Shown: piece by piece, positions 14,070-20,000 of the stretch | Layout: each line of letters starts with the position of its first letter | How positions within the stretch are numbered: position 1 is the stretch's first letter | Source of the DNA: an uncultured virus (IMG/VR IMGVR_UViG_3300033388_001337) | Taxonomy: Duplodnaviria > Heunggongvirae > Uroviricota > Caudoviricetes > Crassvirales | Reading direction: 5' to 3' (one strand) | Virus record (IMG/VR): IMGVR_UViG_3300033388_001337 | Length of the DNA stretch: 20,000 nucleotides | Position numbers and translations under genes: made by a program | The notes under the pieces: generated by a model | Told to the model about the DNA's origin: nothing | Database searches by the model: none | Seen by the model: the letters and a program-made list of their open reading frames with translations, nothing else

Positions 14070-14311
14070 TGGCAGGTGCATTAAAAAAGTGGCGGGATCA
14101 AGACTGGGTTCGTATTGGAAGTGATGGTAAAATCAAAGGAAAATGCGGTACTTCAAAAGATAAAAAAAATCCTGATAGATGTTTGCCAAGATCAAAAGCA
14201 AACAGTTTGTCAAGAAGACAATTAGCTGCCACTGCACGTAAAAAGAAAAAAGCTGGAGCTAAAGGTAAAACCGTAGTTAGTAACACAAGGGCTGCAAAAG
14301 TAAAATCATAA
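14069..14311 (+). CDS. Basic phage protein (80 aa)
   Basis: LKKW..QDWV.I......CG.......CLP..KA..LS motif pattern; coupled start and stop. Confidence 0.72.
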   Translation: MAGALKKWRDQDWVRIGSDGKIKGKCGTSKDKKNPDRCLPRSKANSLSRRQLAATARKKKKAGAKGKTVVSNTRAAKVKS

Positions 14312-14589
14312 TGGCGATAAGAAGAACAACAGGAAAAGGAGGAAATTACAGACCAACTAAGTCAGGCGCAGGCATGACTAAAAAAGGTGTGGCTGCATAT
14401 AGAAGAGCTAATCCAGGATCAAAACTTAAGACAGCTGTAACTGGTAAAGTAAAACCTGGAAGTAAAAGAGCTAAAAGAAGAAAGTCATATTGCGCAAGAA
14501 GTTTAGGTCAGTTAAAAAGAAGTAGTGCTAAAACAAGAAATAACCCTAATTCTAGAATCAGACAAGCTAGAAGAAGATGGAAATGTTAA
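14311..14589 (+). CDS. Basic phage protein (92 aa)
   Basis: GMTKKGVAAYRRANPGSKLKTAVTG...RRKSYCARS...ARRRWKC, a pattern I recall from marine phages. Confidence 0.75.
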   Translation: MAIRRTTGKGGNYRPTKSGAGMTKKGVAAYRRANPGSKLKTAVTGKVKPGSKRAKRRKSYCARSLGQLKRSSAKTRNNPNSRIRQARRRWKC

Positions 14590-14590
14590 T

Positions 14591-14995
14591 ATGAAAGATA
14601 TATTATTAAAAATATTTGGAGGTTCAGCTGGAGAAGTCACTAATAGGATTTCAAATGTTGTAGATAAATTCGTTAGAACAAAAGACGAAAAAGCAGCTTT
14701 TGAAAAAGAAATGACTCAAATATTAATTGAAGCTGAAGCTGCTATGCAAAAAAATGTAACTGAGCGATGGAAAGCTGATATGGCTAGTGATAACAAACTA
14801 TCTAAATCAGTAAGACCTTTAGTTTTAATCTTTGTTATAGTATGCACTATGTTGCTAATTTTTATTGACTCAGGATTTATTAACTTTGCAGTTGAAGATA
14901 AATGGGCAGACTTACTTCAGATGCTTCTCATTACAATTGTGGCTGCATACTTCGGAGGAAGGTCTTACGAAAAAGGTAAATCGATTAAAAAGTAA
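14591..14995 (+). CDS. Holin (GTA 3TM-holin-like)
   Basis: RWKADMASDNKLSKSVRPLVL, two TM helices, and AYFGGRSYEK; near the endolysin. Confidence 0.8.
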   Translation: MKDILLKIFGGSAGEVTNRISNVVDKFVRTKDEKAAFEKEMTQILIEAEAAMQKNVTERWKADMASDNKLSKSVRPLVLIFVIVCTMLLIFIDSGFINFAVEDKWADLLQMLLITIVAAYFGGRSYEKGKSIKK

Positions 14996-15000
14996 ATTAA

Positions 15001-15741
15001 ATGGCAAGAATAAGTACCTATGAGAAAGATTTAAATATTAATCCAGATGATAAATGGATTGGTACGGATGCCGACTTTTTAGACGCTACCAAAAACTTTA
15101 CAGCGGGAGCTGTTGCTACATGGATTGCGCAATTTAATTATGTAGACAATCCTTTTCCAAGATACACATATAAAGACATGACAATACCAGCGAACATAGC
15201 GGCTGGTAGAGAATGCGGAACAATATCTCAAGACCCAGCTGTAGCTGGAGTTATTCCGTTTTCAACTCTTACTAACTTCATGTTAAGTATCTATCAAAAA
15301 AATAGATGTACTGTAGATATATCAGGTTATTATACTGCACCCTTAGTAGGATCAACAGTTATAATAACTAAGTGTACAGATATGTCAACATGGGGTATTT
15401 TCACATGGGTGTCGGCTCAGGTTGACCCTATAGAAACAAGTTTTTTCGATATTCAAGTTACTTATATTGCAGGTAATGGAGGCTTCGAAAATGATCAAGA
15501 TTATTTTATATCTTTGTTGGACTATGGAACTAATGTTCCTGGCGATAAAAATCACGTTGCAACTTTAACGCCTGCAGCGTCAACTTTTAACGTAAATCAC
15601 GGTCTTAATAAATTTTCTTCTGTCACAATAGTTGACCCAAATGAAGAGATAGTTGAGGCTCACGTAGATTACACTAGCGCTAACTCTGTAACCATAACGT
15701 TTTCAGAAGTAGTAAACAATTATAAGGCGTTTTTTAATTAA
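15001..15741 (+). CDS. Putative tail/structural protein (246 aa)
   Basis: MARISTY..D......DKWIGTD N-terminus. C-terminal VNHGLNKFSSVTIVD domain resembles the C-terminus of the next gene (ISHGFNTKDV). Confidence 0.7.
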   Translation: MARISTYEKDLNINPDDKWIGTDADFLDATKNFTAGAVATWIAQFNYVDNPFPRYTYKDMTIPANIAAGRECGTISQDPAVAGVIPFSTLTNFMLSIYQKNRCTVDISGYYTAPLVGSTVIITKCTDMSTWGIFTWVSAQVDPIETSFFDIQVTYIAGNGGFENDQDYFISLLDYGTNVPGDKNHVATLTPAASTFNVNHGLNKFSSVTIVDPNEEIVEAHVDYTSANSVTITFSEVVNNYKAFFN

Positions 15742-15759
15742 TAAAAGAAAAAAAATATT

Positions 15760-18327
15760 ATGGCAGAAATTAATTATTATGCAGATATTGACTTAAATAA
15801 TGGTCAGGTAAAGAATTTTAAAGTAGACAACTCTACTTCTTTTCCGAGTATAGCTGGTGTAGGTCAACTACGATACGATACAGGTAACTCAGTATTAAAG
15901 TATCACACAGGTGGTGGAACATGGGTAACTATTGGAACAAGTACAGGTGGAGTAACAACTTTTACAAATACAAACGGTGGAACATTCGTAGCTTACGGAA
16001 CTGCAAACTCCGCAGCTTCAGGAGCTATAAATATTGGAGATGTAGACTTAACAGCAGGTGGTACTCCAAGTGCAACTACATTCCTTAGAGGTGATAACGT
16101 GTGGGCAACACCAGCGGGTGCGTATACGTCTTGGACGTTAGCAGGTGACTCTGGTTCGAGTCAGGCAATCGCAGATGGTAATACAGCTACTTTTGCTGGA
16201 GGCACAGGTATATCAACCGCAGCTTCAGCAACCGATACGTTAACAATTACTAACTCACTTCCTTTTAACAGCATTACGTTAGCTGCAACTTCAGGAAGTA
16301 GTTCTACAATTTCAAACAACGGAACAATTACTATAGCCGCAGGTTCTAATATTTCAACTACTGGAAACGGTAGTGGAACTGTAACTATAGCATATACAGG
16401 AGGAACAGGAAGCATGTCTTCTTGGACTTTATCAGGAGACAGCGGTTCTTCACAAAGTATAACAGACGGTAACACAGTTGATATTGCAGGAGGTACTGGG
16501 GTAAATACAGTTGCTTCAGCTACAGACACACTTACTGTTAATATTGATATGGTTGGAACTGACAACTATATAGAAGTAAATTCAGCGGATTCAATAGCTG
16601 CTGGTGACTTCTTAGCGTTTAGTGATATCAGTGACTCTAACACAGTAAAGAAAATTACATATACTAATTTATTTGCTGGTTACATGCAAGGCTTCTTTAT
16701 AGATGCTGACACAAACGGTGGTGCGGTAACAGCAACTAACAACTATATGGATATTGCAGGAGGTACTGCAATCAGCACTGCTTGGACAGGTGTAGGTTCA
16801 AACCCTCAAATCCAAACAGTAACTGTAAACCACAATAATTTTGGTACTGCAGGTACTTACGCTTATCCTTCAGCAATTCAGACAAATGCTCAAGGTCACG
16901 TTATTTCTGTAACTGCAGGTTCAGCTCCTGGTACAATGTCAAGCTGGACATTGGCTGGAGATAGTGGGTCTCAATCAATAACAAACGGTAACACTGCTAC
17001 ATTTATTGGCGGTACAGGTATTACAACAGCTGCATCTGCAACTGATGATTTAACAATTACCAACTCATTACCATTTAACAGTATAACTTTAGCTGCATCA
17101 TCTGGTTCGAACTCAACAATTGCCAACTCAGGAACTATAACTATAGCTGCTGGTTCAAACATATCTACTACAAACAATGGTAGTGGAACTGTTACAATTG
17201 CTTACACTGGTGGAACAGGTACTATGTCATCATTTACTTTAGCTGCGGACTCAGGTTCTTCGCAAACTATTAGTAATGGAAATACAATGACAATAGCTGG
17301 ATCAGGTTCGGGAGTCAACGCAGGTATTGATACAGTAGCGAGTGCGACAGACACCGTAACAGTATTACTTGATTTAAATGAACTTACTACAGCTACCTCT
17401 ATTAGTAAAGATGCAGACTTCTTAGTAGGTGTTGATGGAGGTACGAGTGGAAATGAAAAAATATTATATAAAGACGTACATCTTAACGACTGGGGTGATG
17501 CAGAAGCAGATATAGACTTCGGTGGTAATAAATTATTAGATGTAGCTACGGGTACTGCAGGAACAGACGGTGTAAACTTAGCACAAGTTCAAGCATTAGT
17601 TGCAGGTACAGGAATATTCCAAGGAGGATATGACGCAATAAACAACTCGCCAGCATTAACTGGAGCTAGTAACGTTGCGATGGATACAGGAGATTTTTAT
17701 GCTGTAACAGATTCTAACAACACTTCGTTCTTAGGAACAGTTGTCGAAGTTGGAGATTTAATATTTGCTAACAATACAATTGCAGCAAACTCATCTCCAT
17801 CAGCTTCAGATTATACAATAGTACAATCAGGACAAAGTATTGCAGAAGCAGGAGCTACTGACGGTGCAACAACAAAAGGTATTACAGGATTTGACAGTGC
17901 TAACTTCCAAGTTACTGGTAACGGTTGGACACAATTAAAGAACACAGGTGTTAGTGCTGGTTCTTATGGTGGAGCAACTAAATCTTTATCAGCAACAGTT
18001 ACTGCAAAAGGTTTATTAACTTCGTTAAGTGAGCAAGCAATTTCGATTCCTTCGAGTCAGGTTCAAAACTTCTGTACAGATGTTGAAACTTGTGTAAACT
18101 CAGCGTTCTTCTATCAAGTTACTTTTGGTAATGCATCGGATACTGATTATGCTATATCTCATGGATTTAACACAAAAGATGTTATGTGTCAAATATATGA
18201 TGTTGCTTCTGGAGACACTATTTATGCAGAAGTAGAAAGAACATCAACCTCAGTTGTTACAGTAAGATCAAACTCTGCGCCTGGAACAAACGCATGGAGA
18301 ATTTTAGTAACTAATGTTTCTGGATAA
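15760..18327 (+). CDS. Tail fibre-like structural protein with internal repeats (855 aa)
   Basis: G/T/S/A-rich; repeated SWTLAGDSGSSQ.I.DGNT..IAGGTGI.T units. Confidence 0.78.
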   Translation: MAEINYYADIDLNNGQVKNFKVDNSTSFPSIAGVGQLRYDTGNSVLKYHTGGGTWVTIGTSTGGVTTFTNTNGGTFVAYGTANSAASGAINIGDVDLTAGGTPSATTFLRGDNVWATPAGAYTSWTLAGDSGSSQAIADGNTATFAGGTGISTAASATDTLTITNSLPFNSITLAATSGSSSTISNNGTITIAAGSNISTTGNGSGTVTIAYTGGTGSMSSWTLSGDSGSSQSITDGNTVDIAGGTGVNTVASATDTLTVNIDMVGTDNYIEVNSADSIAAGDFLAFSDISDSNTVKKITYTNLFAGYMQGFFIDADTNGGAVTATNNYMDIAGGTAISTAWTGVGSNPQIQTVTVNHNNFGTAGTYAYPSAIQTNAQGHVISVTAGSAPGTMSSWTLAGDSGSQSITNGNTATFIGGTGITTAASATDDLTITNSLPFNSITLAASSGSNSTIANSGTITIAAGSNISTTNNGSGTVTIAYTGGTGTMSSFTLAADSGSSQTISNGNTMTIAGSGSGVNAGIDTVASATDTVTVLLDLNELTTATSISKDADFLVGVDGGTSGNEKILYKDVHLNDWGDAEADIDFGGNKLLDVATGTAGTDGVNLAQVQALVAGTGIFQGGYDAINNSPALTGASNVAMDTGDFYAVTDSNNTSFLGTVVEVGDLIFANNTIAANSSPSASDYTIVQSGQSIAEAGATDGATTKGITGFDSANFQVTGNGWTQLKNTGVSAGSYGGATKSLSATVTAKGLLTSLSEQAISIPSSQVQNFCTDVETCVNSAFFYQVTFGNASDTDYAISHGFNTKDVMCQIYDVASGDTIYAEVERTSTSVVTVRSNSAPGTNAWRILVTNVSG

Positions 18328-18339
18328 GAAATATTAAAT

Positions 18340-18347
18340 TATATTTG
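18340..18347 (+). promoter_or_regulatory. Candidate -7 promoter box
   Basis: TATATTTG just before the ATG at 18354. Confidence 0.4.
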
Positions 18348-18353
18348 TAACAT

Positions 18354-20000
18354 ATGGCAACTACCAATTATTATAATGATTTAGTTGTTACAGGAGGAGC
18401 GACATTTTCGAACACTGTAACATTGTCTAATGGTAGTCTCATACTAAGCGGAACAGGTAGAATCCAAGGTGTTGATACAGTTTCAGCTAACACAGATGCT
18501 GCAAATAAATTATATGTTGATAATGCAATTTCTGGAGTTCCTCAAGGTACTGTAACAGGTACAGGTACAACTAACGATATAGTTAAATTTACTAATGGAG
18601 GTAGTGGTATTATAGGAGATTCTTCTATTGCAGATAACGGAACTACAGTTTCTACTCCAAGCTATTTAAATCTTTCTAAAGATGTTTCTACAGCTTCTTT
18701 CCCAACCGCTGCTTCTGACTATGTTTTACAATTTGATTTAGCTAGTACAGCTGAATATAATGGAGGAATATCTTGGAGTGATGGTGCAGACACTAAAGCA
18801 AGTATAGGGGTTTTAGACACAACAGGAAGTGGTGCAGTGCTGTGGCTTGGAACACAAGGAACATCAGGAAATGTGCAACTAAGAATGGCTATTTTAAGCA
18901 CGGGAGATGCGCAGTTCTATGAATCCGTAGATATAAACCAACAATTGACAGTTGATGGGGTTTGTGATTTAAACAACATTCCTGAAATATTATCTGATAC
19001 AGATAAGTTTTTAATGTCTGATGGAGGAAGAGTTAAATATGTTACAGGAGCTAATCTTAGAAGTTATATTGGCGCAGGAACTGGTAGTGGTAGTGTAACA
19101 TCTGTAACTGGGACTGGTAATGTAAATGGAATTACATTAAGCGACTCTGGTACTAACGCAGTTACGCTTACATTAGGAGGAACTTTATCTATAAGTAATG
19201 ATGATTGGTCAGGAGCTGACTTAGCTATTGTTAATGGTGGAACGGGTGCATCAAACGCTGCTGATGCAAGAAGTAATTTAGGTGTAATAAATGACACAGG
19301 AACACCAGCTATTTTATCTGATGGAACAAGTCCTACACTAAACACAGGAATTACAGCAGCTGAAGTAAGAACATTAATTGGCGCTGGTACAGGAAGTGGC
19401 TCAATGACATCTTGGACTATTGCTGGAGATTCTGGCTCAAGTGCAGTCTCAAATGGAGATACAGTTACAATAGCAGGGGGAACAAATATAACAACTGCAG
19501 AAAGTGGCGGCACTGTTACAATTACTAATGGCATAACAAATAATAACCAGTTAACTAATGGAGCTGGTTATACAACAAACACTGGTACAGTAACAGGCAC
19601 AGGAGTTAATAACAGGTTGGCTCTTTGGAGTGGTACAAGCTCTATTGATTCTGATTCAGACTTTTATGTAGATGCTGATACACTTTTTACAACAAATTTA
19701 GAAGCAAGTGGTAAAGTAGTAACCACTGAAATAGAATCTTCAGGAATTATTGTTTTAGATGCAGCTGGAGATATTACTTTAGATGCTGATGGTAATGATA
19801 TTATATTTAAAAATGGTGGAACAGAATTTGGTAGATTTACAGATTCTTCAAGTGATTTTGTAATAAAATCCGCTGTTAATAACAAGGATATTATATTTAA
19901 AGGAGTTGATAATAATTCTACTATTACCTCTTTAACCTTAGATATGTCAAATGCTGGAGCAGCTACTTTTGCTGACAGCATTTCAGTTCAAGGTGACGCA
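18354..20000 (+). CDS. Tail fibre-like protein, 5' part (runs off the window)
   Basis: MATTNYYNDLVVTGGATFSNTV...DAANKLYVD. Contains LAIVNGGTGASNAADARSNLG and MTSWTIAGDSGSS repeats; appears open to the edge. Confidence 0.75.
   Translation, partial: MATTNYYNDLVVTGGATFSNTVTLSNGSLILSGTGRIQGVDTVSANTDAANKLYVDNAISGVPQGTVTGTGTTNDIVKFTNGGSGIIGDSSIADNGTTVSTPSYLNLSKDVSTASFPTAASDYVLQFDLASTAEYNGGISWSDGADTKASIGVLDTTGSGAVLWLGTQGTSGNVQLRMAILSTGDAQFYESVDINQQLTVDGVCDLNNIPEILSDTDKFLMSDGGRVKYVTGANLRSYIGAGTGSGSVTSVTGTGNVNGITLSDSGTNAVTLTLGGTLSISNDDWSGADLAIVNGGTGASNAADARSNLGVINDTGTPAILSDGTSPTLNTGITAAEVRTLIGAGTGSGSMTSWTIAGDSGSSAVSNGDTVTIAGGTNITTAESGGTVTITNGITNNNQLTNGAGYTTNTGTVTGTGVNNRLALWSGTSSIDSDSDFYVDADTLFTTNLEASGKVVTTEIESSGIIVLDAAGDITLDADGNDIIFKNGGTEFGRFTDSSSDFVIKSAVNNKDIIFKGVDNNSTITSLTLDMSNAGAATFADSISVQGDA

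Noticed and set aside
8367..14286. Shadow ORFs 8367-8555, 8680-9012, 9115-9318, 9750-9971, 10046-10462, 11164-11484, 12712-12912, 13348-13560, 13744-13962 and 14098-14286
   Set aside because: Antisense to real genes; the F/L-rich content simply mirrors Lys-rich sense codons.
14525..14590. N-terminal extension of the holin ORF
   Set aside because: It overlaps the upstream gene; ATG 14591 follows that gene's stop directly.
16161..19981. Minus-strand ORFs within the tail-fibre genes
   Set aside because: Antisense open frames produced by G/T/S/A codon bias in the plus-strand genes.

Overview
This is an AT-rich dsDNA bacteriophage genome segment. The host is very likely Bacteroidota/Flavobacteriia, inferred from repeated TAnnTTTG -7 promoter boxes and A-rich, Shine-Dalgarno-less leaders. 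The left arm (1-4600, minus strand) is an early-type operon of small hypothetical ORFs with a C5 DNA methyltransferase near its downstream end. The main discovery is that this operon is punctuated by six intact type I hammerhead ribozymes. Each has the CUGAUGA...GAAA...GUC core and covarying stems, and each is predicted to cut 19-29 nt upstream of a start codon. There is also an orphan 3' half-site matching the sixth ribozyme, and a boxA-like element plus a structured leader just after the promoter. A divergent control region with an AT-rich repeat cluster (possible origin) follows. The right arm (plus strand) encodes phage GroEL/GroES, many small very basic proteins, a signal-peptide beta-barrel-like protein, an M15 peptidase endolysin, a holin, and repetitive tail-fibre-like structural proteins.
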